From: an uncultured delta proteobacterium | GTDB taxonomy: Bacteria; Myxococcota_A; Polyangia; Palsa-1104 | Assembly: GCA_963785725.1 (NCBI GenBank) | Contig: CAWAWS010000024.1 | Span: 162,151-226,150, forward strand | Direction of reading: 5' to 3' | Length of the DNA stretch: 64,000 bases | Part shown: positions 10,717 through 20,017 of the stretch, one piece after another | Layout: the number at the start of each line of letters is the position of its first letter | Numbering within the stretch: the first letter of the stretch is position 1 | Notes under the pieces: model-generated | The model's input: the letters and a program-made list of their open reading frames with translations, nothing else | What the model was told of the DNA's origin: nothing | Databases searched by the model: none | Translations under genes and position numbers: made by a program

Positions 10717-10731
10717 GCAATCGCTGGACCG
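10717..10731 (-). promoter_or_regulatory. Putative sigma54 promoter for the hemerythrin gene
   Basis: Minus strand CGGTCC-AGCGA-TTGCA (GG-N10-GC), 30 bp upstream of the ATG. Confidence 0.5.
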
Positions 10732-10740
10732 GATCGAACG

Positions 10741-10755
10741 AGGCGCGAATGTTGC
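10741..10755 (+). promoter_or_regulatory. Putative sigma54 promoter for the 10770 membrane protein
   Basis: AGGCGC-GAATG-TTGCT (GG-N10-GC). Confidence 0.5.
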
Positions 10756-10769
10756 TACCGATCGAGCTC

Positions 10770-11825
10770 ATGGCGATTCTGCAAGCGCTCATCGCGTTCA
10801 TCTCGCGCTCGGCGGGCACGATTCTGAACGCGATCTTCGGCTGGGCCGTGCGCGCGCTGTTCGGGCAGCCGACGCAGGCCGAGCAGCCGTTCCTGACGGG
10901 CGTGGTCGGCGCCGCGGCGGCCTGGCCGATCCTCTTGTTGGGCATCGCGTTCCCGAAAGTAGCGGCGATGGTGTTGGCGTTCGTCCCCTTTCACAACCAC
11001 GTGCCGCCGTGGATCTTCCGCGTGGTCTGGCTGTCACTGGCGCTGATTGTGCCGATCGTCGTCGGTTTGGTGGTGGCGACGAAAGCGCCTCGCGGAAGCC
11101 TGCGCGAGCCGGTGTGGAAGCGGATTGCGCGCGGCTGGCCAATCACGATCGGCCTGGCCTCCTCGTTTTTCCTGATGTTCTTCACGGTGCCGGCGCTGAA
11201 GCTGGTGTCGCTCTTGCGCCGCCGACGGGACGAGCAGATGCCGCTCATCACGCATTCGTCGACGTATCACGAAGTGGCGGAGCTCGTCGTCGAGACGCTC
11301 GACCGCCACGACATGCCGGTGCGACCGGCCAAGCCGGGCTGGTGGATCACGGCGCCGACGACGATTCTGTTGCGGCTGGGCGGCGATGCCTTCCGCGGCT
11401 ACGTGCCCGATCGTCTCGAATATTTCCGCAGCCCGACGCTCGAGGTCGCGCTCTATCCGAACGGGCTGCTACTGCGCGGGCCGAAGCTGCGCGTGGCGCG
11501 GGCGCATGCGCTGGTCTCGGAGGCGCTGTCGCACTCGCAGGCGCTGCAGACGCTCGATCCCAAAGCGCAGGATTTGGAGCAGCGGATTCACCGCTTGTGG
11601 GAGCAGCTCGATCGCGATCCGGGGCAGATCGATTCGCAGCCGCTGTTACAAGCGATGACGCGGATCGCGCGCGATGTGAGCATGTCGCAGCTGCCGTTCG
11701 AGGATTGGCAGGTCATCTATCGACAAATGCTGCAGCTCGATCGCGAGCTACACGGACAGCCGCAGCTGCTCGACAGTCAGCCGACACCAGCGGCGGTGCG
11801 TCGGGAGCAGTCCGCGGTTCATTAG
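10770..11825 (+). CDS. Hypothetical membrane protein
   Basis: Several hydrophobic helices in the N-terminal half, soluble C-terminal half. Confidence 0.75.
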   Translation: MAILQALIAFISRSAGTILNAIFGWAVRALFGQPTQAEQPFLTGVVGAAAAWPILLLGIAFPKVAAMVLAFVPFHNHVPPWIFRVVWLSLALIVPIVVGLVVATKAPRGSLREPVWKRIARGWPITIGLASSFFLMFFTVPALKLVSLLRRRRDEQMPLITHSSTYHEVAELVVETLDRHDMPVRPAKPGWWITAPTTILLRLGGDAFRGYVPDRLEYFRSPTLEVALYPNGLLLRGPKLRVARAHALVSEALSHSQALQTLDPKAQDLEQRIHRLWEQLDRDPGQIDSQPLLQAMTRIARDVSMSQLPFEDWQVIYRQMLQLDRELHGQPQLLDSQPTPAAVRREQSAVH

Positions 11826-11879
11826 AAGAAGATAGATCGTCAGCGCCTTTGGTGCGTTCGAACGCAGCGGAGGTCTCTC

Positions 11880-12095
11880 ATGATGCCACTGCTCTTGATC
11901 CTCGGGCTGACCGCGACGACGCCGCAGCCACGGCCGCAGCGTATCGATATCGACGACGACGAAGTGGTCGAAGGCGGCCTGGCGAACGCCGAAGGTCAGG
12001 AGGTCTTCGCGCGCAAACAGGCGAAGTTCGGCTCGTTGCTGCACCTGCGCAGCGACTTTCGGCCGGAGCTGATCCATTCGGCCGATCGCGACTGA
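11880..12095 (+). CDS. CglF/GltF-like small secreted protein
   Basis: Signal peptide, then IDIDDDEVVEGGL...EG..V.ARK...SLLHLRSDFRPELIHS, resembling the CglF C-terminal pattern; GGAGG RBS. Confidence 0.65.
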   Translation: MMPLLLILGLTATTPQPRPQRIDIDDDEVVEGGLANAEGQEVFARKQAKFGSLLHLRSDFRPELIHSADRD

Positions 12096-12130
12096 GCGCG
12101 TGCGCGTCGGCGGCAGGTTTTGAACGGCTG

Positions 12131-15100
12131 CTAGTCGCCGTCGCGCAGGATGTGCAGGAAGGCGACCATGTCGTCGGCGCGACCGACGAAGGCGCGAGCC
12201 ACACGCGCGCTCAAGCGGGCGGCGGGCGCGCCTCGGTCGGCGACGTCGTTGAGCGCCTTTTGCGCGGCGGTTCCGTGCGGACCGTCGGCTTGGCGCGCGA
12301 GCGCGAGGGCCGCGGCATAACGAACATCGGCGTCGGCCTCTTCTTCCAGCCGTGTCACCAGCTGATCGGTGGGCAGCTCGGCCCACGCCACGCCGAGCCC
12401 AGCGACAGCGGCGGCGCGCACGTCACGCGATGGGTCGGCGAGCGCGCGCGTCAGGAGCGGCGCCGCGTCCTTGCCCATGCGCATGAGGCCGCGCACGGCG
12501 GCGACGCGCACGCGTTCGCTGCCGTCACCGAGCGCCGATTCGAGCGTCTTCTCGGCGATCGGTCCGCCGACCTGCCCGATGGCTTCGAGCGCGGCCGGGC
12601 GAACGTCGGGATCGGGGCTGCGCGCGGCCTGCGCCAGCGCCGTCGCGGCCTTGGCGCCGACGAGCCCGCGCACGGCCGCGACGCGCACGGCGGCATCGCG
12701 ATCGCCGAGCGCACCGACGAGCGACGCGACGTTGGCTGCGCCGAGACCGCCGGCATATTCGGCTGCCGCGCGACGGACGCCGGCATCGGAGTCGGCCAAT
12801 GCCGCTCGCACCGCGCCCGCCGCACCGACGGCGCCGGCGGTAGTCGCGATCTCGATCTTGTCGGCGGGCGAGCCGCTGGCGAACGCTTGCAGCAGGCTCT
12901 TGTCGAGATCGCCGGCGCCGGGGCCGATCTCGCGCGCCGCATGTCGCGCCGCTGCGCGTACCGTCGGATCTTTGTCGCCGACGAGCGCCGCCAACGCCGG
13001 ACCGGCTTCGCGCGCGGCCGGACCGAGCGCGCCCAGCGCCATCGCCGCTTCGGCGCGCACGCTCGGATCGGCATCGGCGCCGAACGACGCCGCGGCTTTG
13101 GCGGCCGCGCCGGCGAGCGGCGTCTTGGCAGCGCGACCAAGCGCACCGGCCGCACGCTTGCGCGCCGCCGGGTCGGGATCGTGGCCGGCCGCCTTCAACG
13201 CTGCGATCGCCTCTTTGCCGCCATGGGCCAGCACGTCACCGAGCGCACCGGCGGCATCGGCGCGCACGTCGGCGACCTTGTCATGCACGAGCCGACCGAG
13301 CGCGCCGGCCGCGAGGCCGGGCTTGGCTTCGGCGAGCCGACCGAGCGCCTCGATGGCCGCCTTGCGCGTCGTCGGACGCGCGCCTTTGACGGTCGCCTCG
13401 AGCGCCTGCGCCGCCGCCGCGACACCGAGCTTTTGCGCCTGCGCGCCCAGCGTCTCGACCGCCGCTTTCTCGACTTCGGGACCGCCACCTTTGGCTTCCT
13501 TGATGAGCAGCGGCAACGCCTCCCGACCGAGCACCGGCAACGAACGCACCGCTTCGGCACGGACTTCGGCAGCGGAGTCGTATTCGAGCACTTTGAGCTG
13601 CTTGGGCGTATCGACCGTCTTCGGCAGGAGACCGATCGTCGCCGCGGCGGCTGCGCGCATCGGCGTCGGGCCCTTCATGGCTTCGACGACTTTGGCTTGC
13701 GCTTCGTCAGGCTTGGCGCGCGCCAGCAGCGGCATCGCCATCGCCATCACGCGTGGCGAGCCGGCGATCGTCGCCAGCGCTTCGGGCGTCTTCGGCCGTC
13801 GCCGCAACATACGCAATGCTTCGAGGCGAATGTCGTCGGGCGCTTTCGGATCGAGCGCCACCTGCGTGACCGCTTGCTCGGCTGCGTCCGCGGACGGACC
13901 GCTGCCGTCGAGCAGGCGCGACAGGATCGCCGTCGCGTCAGCGCGGGCCGGGCCGATCATCGCTTTGCCGAGCGCCGCCGCCGCGCCGGGAGAGCGCGCC
14001 GTCTGCGCGCCGATCGCTTCGAGCGCGTTGCGACGCACGACGGGATCGCCCGTCTGCGCCAACGCGGCGGTCAACAGCGGAGCCGACTGCTCGTCGGGCA
14101 GACGGCCGATCGCCTCCAACGCCAACGCGCGCACCGACGCCGAGCCGTCGCGCAACGCCGACGAGAGCATGGGCGCGCCCGCGCCGGCCTCACGCCGTTC
14201 GAGCGCCGCCGCCGCTTGCACGGCCCGTCGCCGCACGTCCTCGGACGGATCTTGCAGCGCCTTGGTCAAGAGGGCGATCGTCTCGGGACCACCTTTGGCC
14301 GCGCCCGCCAACGCCTCGACGACGGCCGGTCGCAGCGACGGATCTTCGTAAGCCTCGGCGAGCAGCTTCACGTCACCGTCGACGATGAGCGACATCACCG
14401 CGCGCGGCAGCGGACGCAGCGCGCCGACCAGCCGCCGCAGCCAATCGTCGCCGCCGCGCGGCCCGGCACCTTCGGGCACCCCGCCGGCCAGCGCGGCGCG
14501 CGCGAAGCCGGAGTCGGCGATGACGGCGCCGAAGCGTGGCGAATGCGGCAGAACGCCGAGCGCCATCGCCGGCCGGCCCAGCCGAACGACGACGGGCGCG
14601 CCCGGATCCGGCGCGGCATCGAGGAAGTAATTGCGCCCGTAGCTGCCATAGAGCGCGGCCAGGCCGACGATCGGCAACGCCAGCAGCGCCGCCGTCACCG
14701 CCATGCCGACTTGGCGCGAACGGCGAACGAGCGCCTCCTCTTCCGGCGCCAGCGCACCCGCGAACCGACGAATCTCACGCACTTGACCGATCGACAGCAG
14801 CCCATTGGCTTCGATCTTCTCGCGCATCGTCAGCCGCGCCGCGACGCCACGACCGCGCGCTTCGCCGGTGTATGCGCGCGCCAACGGGCGCGCCCACTCG
14901 GTCGACATCGTATAGCCGCCGTCCACTTTCCGCGTCAGGTGCTCGGCGCGCAGATCGTCGGCCAGCTTCTTGGCGTGCGCTTCGGTGACATCGGCCGCGC
15001 GCGCCAATTGATCGAGCGTCGCCACGCCGCGATCGGGCAGCGCGGCCAGCTCGGCCAACGCGCGCGCCGCCGGACGACCGCCGGCCGCTGCGCACGCCTT

Positions 15101-15871
15101 TTCGAAGAAGCGCCAGGCCAACACTTCGGCGCCGCCCGAGCGACGCCACGCCTTGGCCGTGTTGAGCCGGAGGTTGACCGCCGTGCCGCATACGAGCTGC
15201 AGCTCCGACGGCGAGACCGGGCCCGACTTGCACAGATCGACGGCGATTTCGCGCGACAGGCCGCTCTCGAAGTAGGCGCCGCCACCGAGAACGGTGCGCT
15301 CGACGGCGTCGGCGACGTGCGCCTCTTCCATGCGTTCGAGGTGCATGCGACCGCCGCCGCCACCGAGGCTGCCGATCTTCTTCTCGATCGCTTGCAGGCG
15401 CCACAAGTCGCCGTCCTCGATGACGAACAGGATCTTCATGCCGCGCACGCTGCCGGCCTTTTGCAGGATGCGCAGCAGCTGCTCCATGCGCACGCCGCCG
15501 TCGAGCGCGGCGCCCAAGTCGTCGACGACGAGCAGCGCGCCGCCGGGAGCCGCAGCGGGCACGGCCTCCTCGTCGAGCGTCATGCCTTCGACGACGCCGC
15601 AGGCGACGCCGCGCGACTTCAGCGTCGGAATCACGCCGGCACGCACGAGCGAGGTCTTGCCGACGCCCGCTTCGCCGAAGAGCAGCGCCGAGGCGCGATC
15701 GCCGGCGAGCAGCTCGGTCAGCTCGCTCAGCTCTCGTTCGCGACCGAAGAAGAGCGAACGATTGACCTCGGTGAAGGGAACGAGCGGCTTGAACGGGCCG
15801 AAATCGCGCGACCGCGGTACGAGGAGACTGGCGGAGCGCGAGCTCGGTTGACGGGCGGAGACGGTAGCCAC
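12131..15871 (-). CDS. STAND-like NTPase + transmembrane helix + long HEAT/PBS-lyase repeat protein
   Basis: PFKPL.PF...LFFGRERE, Walker A GEAGVGKT, LLVVDD, hydrophobic GMAVTAALLALPIVGLAALY, many L.D....VR.AA..ALG repeats. Confidence 0.85.
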   Translation of the reverse strand: MATVSARQPSSRSASLLVPRSRDFGPFKPLVPFTEVNRSLFFGRERELSELTELLAGDRASALLFGEAGVGKTSLVRAGVIPTLKSRGVACGVVEGMTLDEEAVPAAAPGGALLVVDDLGAALDGGVRMEQLLRILQKAGSVRGMKILFVIEDGDLWRLQAIEKKIGSLGGGGGRMHLERMEEAHVADAVERTVLGGGAYFESGLSREIAVDLCKSGPVSPSELQLVCGTAVNLRLNTAKAWRRSGGAEVLAWRFFEKACAAAGGRPAARALAELAALPDRGVATLDQLARAADVTEAHAKKLADDLRAEHLTRKVDGGYTMSTEWARPLARAYTGEARGRGVAARLTMREKIEANGLLSIGQVREIRRFAGALAPEEEALVRRSRQVGMAVTAALLALPIVGLAALYGSYGRNYFLDAAPDPGAPVVVRLGRPAMALGVLPHSPRFGAVIADSGFARAALAGGVPEGAGPRGGDDWLRRLVGALRPLPRAVMSLIVDGDVKLLAEAYEDPSLRPAVVEALAGAAKGGPETIALLTKALQDPSEDVRRRAVQAAAALERREAGAGAPMLSSALRDGSASVRALALEAIGRLPDEQSAPLLTAALAQTGDPVVRRNALEAIGAQTARSPGAAAALGKAMIGPARADATAILSRLLDGSGPSADAAEQAVTQVALDPKAPDDIRLEALRMLRRRPKTPEALATIAGSPRVMAMAMPLLARAKPDEAQAKVVEAMKGPTPMRAAAAATIGLLPKTVDTPKQLKVLEYDSAAEVRAEAVRSLPVLGREALPLLIKEAKGGGPEVEKAAVETLGAQAQKLGVAAAAQALEATVKGARPTTRKAAIEALGRLAEAKPGLAAGALGRLVHDKVADVRADAAGALGDVLAHGGKEAIAALKAAGHDPDPAARKRAAGALGRAAKTPLAGAAAKAAASFGADADPSVRAEAAMALGALGPAAREAGPALAALVGDKDPTVRAAARHAAREIGPGAGDLDKSLLQAFASGSPADKIEIATTAGAVGAAGAVRAALADSDAGVRRAAAEYAGGLGAANVASLVGALGDRDAAVRVAAVRGLVGAKAATALAQAARSPDPDVRPAALEAIGQVGGPIAEKTLESALGDGSERVRVAAVRGLMRMGKDAAPLLTRALADPSRDVRAAAVAGLGVAWAELPTDQLVTRLEEEADADVRYAAALALARQADGPHGTAAQKALNDVADRGAPAARLSARVARAFVGRADDMVAFLHILRDGD

Positions 15872-15929
15872 GCCGTATCTTAACGGAATTAGGGTTGCCA
15901 AAACAGGCGGCAGCAAGGATCTTTCACCC

Positions 15930-17174
15930 ATGCGCACGCACCCGCGCCGCGGCGGTCGCGTCGGCAGCCTGTGGCGTGCCGAGCTCGCGCGCGGCCTTAC
16001 GGCGCAAATGGCCGGGGACGACGACGCGGCGCGCACGGCCATGACCCGCGCGGCGACGCTGGCGCCGGACGCGGCCGAGCCGCCGTTCGCGCTCGGGCGC
16101 CTGGCCGAGCGCAACGGCCGCGGCGACGAGGCCGAGCGGCATTACCGGCGCGCGTTGCAGCTGCGTCCGAGCTGGCCGTTGGCGGCGGCAGCGCTGGCGC
16201 GGCGGCTCGGGCTGCAGTCGCGACCGGCGTTTGGCGAGGCTGCGCAGCCCGCGCGGGCGGTTGATGCTGCTCGGTCGGCGCAGGCGGTCGATGCGACACA
16301 GTCCGCGCGGGCAGCCGATGCGACACGGTCCGCGAAAGCCGCTGAAGCCGCGCAGTCCGCGCGGGCGGCCGAAGCCGATCGTCTCCTGCAGGCGACACTG
16401 GCGAGCGCGCCCGATCATCCGCTGCTGCTGATGGTGACGGGCGAGCTGGCGCTGGAACGCGAGCGCGCCGCCGACGCCATCGCCGCGTTTTCGGCCGCGC
16501 GCCAAGCCGGCGCGGACGCGGCGGTCGTCGACCACGCGCTCGCTCGCGCCCACAATCTGGCCGCGATCGCGCTCGCCGATGACGGGCGCAGCGACGAAGC
16601 GCTCTTTGGTTTTCGCCGCGCTTGCGTGCTCGCTCCGACGTGGGCGCCGCCGCGCGTGAACCTGGGCGCGCTGTGGCAGCGGCTGAACAAGCCGCTCGAG
16701 GCGCTGCGTCAGTATCGGCAGGCGGTGGCGCTCGATCCGCGGAACGGCACGGCGCAGCTGAATTTAGGGCTGCTCCTGCGCGATCGCCACGACTTGGCGG
16801 GCGCGACGCGGGCGCTCACGGCGGCCTACGCGACGGCCGATCCGCCGCATCCGCGCGCGCGAATGGAGCTGGCGCTGACGCTCTCGGCGCAGGGCGAGCA
16901 TGCGCGCGCCATCGCGCTGTTCGCCGCGGAAGCCCAACACGGCGACGGCAATCGCGCGACCGCATACGCGAACCTCGGTGTCGCTTGGCTGTTGGCGAAC
17001 GACCTGACCAAGGCGCAACAAGCGCTGCAGACGGCGCTCGCGCTCGACCCGACGCAGGCCGCCGCGCTGCGCAACCTCGCCCACGTGCTCGCGCGCCGCG
17101 GCCGCCTCGTCGACGCCGCCGTGCTCGTCCGGCGCGCCAACGGGAACTCGCACGCCCGAGCGGAGTCCAAATGA
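15930..17174 (+). CDS. Tetratricopeptide repeat protein
   Basis: Repeated NLG...A...Y..A..L.P units. Confidence 0.8.
   Translation: MRTHPRRGGRVGSLWRAELARGLTAQMAGDDDAARTAMTRAATLAPDAAEPPFALGRLAERNGRGDEAERHYRRALQLRPSWPLAAAALARRLGLQSRPAFGEAAQPARAVDAARSAQAVDATQSARAADATRSAKAAEAAQSARAAEADRLLQATLASAPDHPLLLMVTGELALERERAADAIAAFSAARQAGADAAVVDHALARAHNLAAIALADDGRSDEALFGFRRACVLAPTWAPPRVNLGALWQRLNKPLEALRQYRQAVALDPRNGTAQLNLGLLLRDRHDLAGATRALTAAYATADPPHPRARMELALTLSAQGEHARAIALFAAEAQHGDGNRATAYANLGVAWLLANDLTKAQQALQTALALDPTQAAALRNLAHVLARRGRLVDAAVLVRRANGNSHARAESK
16236..16370 (+). repeat. Five 27-bp in-frame tandem repeats inside the TPR gene
   Basis: Units at 16236, 16263, 16290, 16317, 16344: EAAQPARAV/DAARSAQAV/DATQSARAA/DATRSAKAA/EAAQSARAA. 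Confidence 0.8.
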
Positions 17175-17779
17175 TCATGCACTCTCGATTTCGCGCCCGG
17201 GTTTCGGCTCGCGTCGGCATGCTGGCGACGATCGTGCTGCTCGCCGGCTGCGCGCGCCATGCGTCGGGCAGCTTCTTCGTCGCGCCGCAATATCCCGACG
17301 GTCCGGCGGGCCTGAAGCAGCTGTGGACCGACATCCTCGACGCGGCCAAAGGCGACGAACGCGAGCGCGTGCACGACCTCATGGCGACGACGTTCATGAG
17401 CGACGCCGAGCTGACGCGCCTGTTCGGCGATAAAGCGCCGTCGCTCGTGCCGCGCTATCACCAGCTGATGGGCACGCTCGTCAATCGCGGCGCCGTCGAG
17501 CTCGTGGCCAACGTCTTCGACCGCAAATACGACGCCATCGACGTCGTCACCGACGAAAACGACGCGCCGCTCGCCGCCGCGCTCGCCGAGCCGCACCCGC
17601 TGTATTCGGTGCGCGTCCGCAAAGCGACCGAGCCGCGCGGCCTACGCTACGACGCCTTCTTTTATCTCGACGGGAAATGGCGCACGGCGAATCAGCTCGG
17701 CAAATTCCTGGCTCCGCCGGCGCCGCCACCGATGACGACGATTACGCCGCCGACCAAGCCCGCCAAGCCGGTCAAATAG
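17171..17779 (+). CDS. Putative lipoprotein
   Basis: ATGA overlap with TPR stop; LLAGC lipobox; Pro-rich tail. Confidence 0.7.
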   Translation: MIMHSRFRARVSARVGMLATIVLLAGCARHASGSFFVAPQYPDGPAGLKQLWTDILDAAKGDERERVHDLMATTFMSDAELTRLFGDKAPSLVPRYHQLMGTLVNRGAVELVANVFDRKYDAIDVVTDENDAPLAAALAEPHPLYSVRVRKATEPRGLRYDAFFYLDGKWRTANQLGKFLAPPAPPPMTTITPPTKPAKPVK

Positions 17780-18227
17780 CGCGGCGCTGCTCGAGAAACT
17801 TCCGCACGTCGTCGAGGTGCCGCGAAATCTGCACCTCGTGGTGAAACACCGCCTGCACGACGCCCTGCTCGTCGATGACGAACGTGATGCGCTGCGGCAG
17901 CTTGATGAGCGGCCACAACACGCCGAAGGACTCGCAGATGCGCTTGTCCTCGTCGCTGACGAGCGCGAACGGCAGCTTGTTGTCGCTGGCGAAGCGACAT
18001 TGCGCGCTGAAGCTGTCGGCGCTGATGCCGATGACCTCGGCGCCCATCTTGCGGATCTCGTCGTAGTTGTCGCGAAATTGCCGCGTCTCGATGGTGCAGC
18101 CCATCGTGAACGCCTTCGGGAAGAAGTAGATGACCACCGGCCGACCGCGCAACGCGCTCAACGACACGGGCTCGCCGTTGGTCGTCTGCGCGCTGAAATC
18201 GGGCGCGCTGTCGCCGATCTTGAGCAT
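17772..18227 (-). CDS. bcp: Peroxiredoxin, Bcp/PrxQ type
   Basis: GDSAPDF, YFFPKAFTMGCTIE, RITFVID. Confidence 0.9.
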   Translation of the reverse strand: MLKIGDSAPDFSAQTTNGEPVSLSALRGRPVVIYFFPKAFTMGCTIETRQFRDNYDEIRKMGAEVIGISADSFSAQCRFASDNKLPFALVSDEDKRICESFGVLWPLIKLPQRITFVIDEQGVVQAVFHHEVQISRHLDDVRKFLEQRRAI

Positions 18228-18350
18228 GTTCCGTTTAGATGCGACGACGCCGCGGCGGTTTCAAGCGGAAACGGTGATTCGCCTGCGTAAATCCACGCAA
18301 AAGTAGTTGGATTGCGGTGGGAGGGGGTGACCGTGCAATGATTCGGGTCG

Positions 18351-18779
18351 ATGGGTGCAAACTGGAGAGGGCGTTCGGCTTGGCTCGCGGCGGGCGTCCT
18401 CGTGCTCTTCGCGCGACCGTCGGGCAGCGCGCCGGCCGACGACGGCGTGCCGAGCGGAATGATCGCCTACTTCACCGGCGCCAACGGCTGTCCCAACGGC
18501 TGGACGGCGGCGACCGAGGCGGCCGGACGCATCGTGGTCGGCGTCACTGACGTCAACAACATCGGCCTCGGCACCGGCACGCCGCTCGGCGACCAAGAAG
18601 ATCGCGTGCACACGCACTCCTTCGCAGCGACGGCGTCGATCGACAACAAGAACATCGCGGCGGCCGGCGGCGGCAACGACTCGGCCGCCCAAGCCGGCGC
18701 GATCGCGACGGCCGGGATGACCGAAGAGGCGACGACCGGTCTGCCCTTTACGCAGCTCATCGTGTGCAAAAAGCCATGA
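18351..18779 (+). CDS. Secreted protein with one phage tail-collar-like domain
   Basis: Signal peptide; PSGMIAYF..CPNGW..GRIVVG..E.RVHTH..LPFTQLIVCKK. Confidence 0.65.
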   Translation: MGANWRGRSAWLAAGVLVLFARPSGSAPADDGVPSGMIAYFTGANGCPNGWTAATEAAGRIVVGVTDVNNIGLGTGTPLGDQEDRVHTHSFAATASIDNKNIAAAGGGNDSAAQAGAIATAGMTEEATTGLPFTQLIVCKKP

Positions 18780-19597
18780 AGCGACGACTCGTGCTCCTCC
18801 TCGCGCTCGCCGTGAGCGGCTGTAAATTCCACGCCGGTGGCCTCGACATGGCCGACGACGCCGGCGTCCCCGACGATCTCGCCGTCGCTGCCGCCAGCGA
18901 TCCCTTGCCCAAGAGCATCATCGAGCTGTTCCATGCGCAGGGCTGCCCGAGCGGCTGGGTCAGCTATCCCCTGGCCAAGGGGCGCACGATCGTCCCCGCG
19001 CCCGACGTCGACGGCGGCTCTGGCGACAGCTGGGGCGACCCGCTCGGCGACGGCGAAGACCGCGAGCACGGCCACGACGGCGGCGTCTTCACGAGCTCGC
19101 TCGGATCGACCTCGTTCGCGGGCATCGCCGGCGGCGGGCTCGGCGTCGGCAAGTCGGGCGACGTCACCGTCGCCGTCGCCGGGTCGAGCGATCACGCCGC
19201 GCTCCCGTATGTCGATCTGCTCGCGTGCAAGAAAGTCGCGAACCCGACGCCGGCGTCCTTGCCGCTGCCGACGGGGCTCCTGGGCTACTTCGAGTATCAA
19301 TGCCCGGCGGGTTGGAATCGCCCGTCGTCGCTGCAAGGGCGCTATCTCGTCGGCTTGCCGGCGGGCGGCGCGATCGGCGCGTCGTTCGGCGGCCCGTCGC
19401 TGGCGTCGGGCGAGGGGCGGACGCACACGCACAACCTGACCGGCACCTTGGCGACGACGGCCAAAGGCGTGGCGCTCGTCTCCGGCTGCTGCGCCGACGG
19501 CTACGCCAAGAATAGCCCGGTCACGTTCACCGGCACGACGCCGCCCGCCAGCGCCGCGCTGCCCTACCTACAACTGGTCGCGTGCGTGTCGAACTGA
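18776..19597 (+). CDS. Lipoprotein with two tandem tail-collar-like domains
   Basis: MKRRLVLLLALAVSGC lipobox; two CPxGW..GR..HxH..LPY..L.AC units; ATGA overlap with the upstream gene. Confidence 0.7.
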   Translation: MKRRLVLLLALAVSGCKFHAGGLDMADDAGVPDDLAVAAASDPLPKSIIELFHAQGCPSGWVSYPLAKGRTIVPAPDVDGGSGDSWGDPLGDGEDREHGHDGGVFTSSLGSTSFAGIAGGGLGVGKSGDVTVAVAGSSDHAALPYVDLLACKKVANPTPASLPLPTGLLGYFEYQCPAGWNRPSSLQGRYLVGLPAGGAIGASFGGPSLASGEGRTHTHNLTGTLATTAKGVALVSGCCADGYAKNSPVTFTGTTPPASAALPYLQLVACVSN

Positions 19598-19656
19598 GTT
19601 GACTTGCGGACCAGGGGTGAAGTAGTCAGAATCTCGCTTCGCGCAGAAAAGGTCTG

Positions 19657-19732
19657 GTGGCTGTAGCTCAGTCGGTAGAGCAGTGGATTGTGGATCCACG
19701 GGTCGCGGGTTCAAGCCCCGTCAGTCACCCCA
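19657..19732 (+). tRNA. tRNA-His (GTG)
   Basis: Acceptor GTGGCTG/CAGTCAC with G-1 and C73, anticodon arm GTGGA-TTGTGGA-TCCAC, GGTTCAA T-loop, encoded CCA. Confidence 0.97.
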
Positions 19733-19737
19733 TCATG

Positions 19738-19770
19738 AAGGCCCTAACCCACCGCGGTTAGGGCCTTTTT
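19738..19770 (+). terminator. Intrinsic terminator after tRNA-His
   Basis: AAGGCCCTAACC-CACCGC-GGTTAGGGCCTT followed by Ts. Confidence 0.85.
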
Positions 19771-20017
19771 CGTTCCGGACCGCTGTCGGTAGCTCCCCGA
19801 AAACTGCTCTGGTGACACGCTCGCCACGTGAACATAGATCATTGCAGTCGAAAAACCGCGGCGCCGATTCCGCGGTCGATCTGCGTGCGACAACTGCGCG
19901 CACAGAGATCGATCGTACTCGTTCATCGAGGCGCGTCGTGACGGTTGAGCTTGGAATGGATAGCGACCGCGATCTGGCGCCGCTGGAGCGCGCCGACGCG
20001 CGCGCAGTCGACCGCGG

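Noticed and set aside
8963..15883. 2306-aa plus-strand ORF and other very long Arg/Ala-rich ORFs (e.g. 29640-33002, 45666-48743, 54946-57507, 61295-63361)
   Set aside because: Shadow frames of real genes in ~70% GC DNA; no recognisable motifs, and they overlap well-supported CDSs
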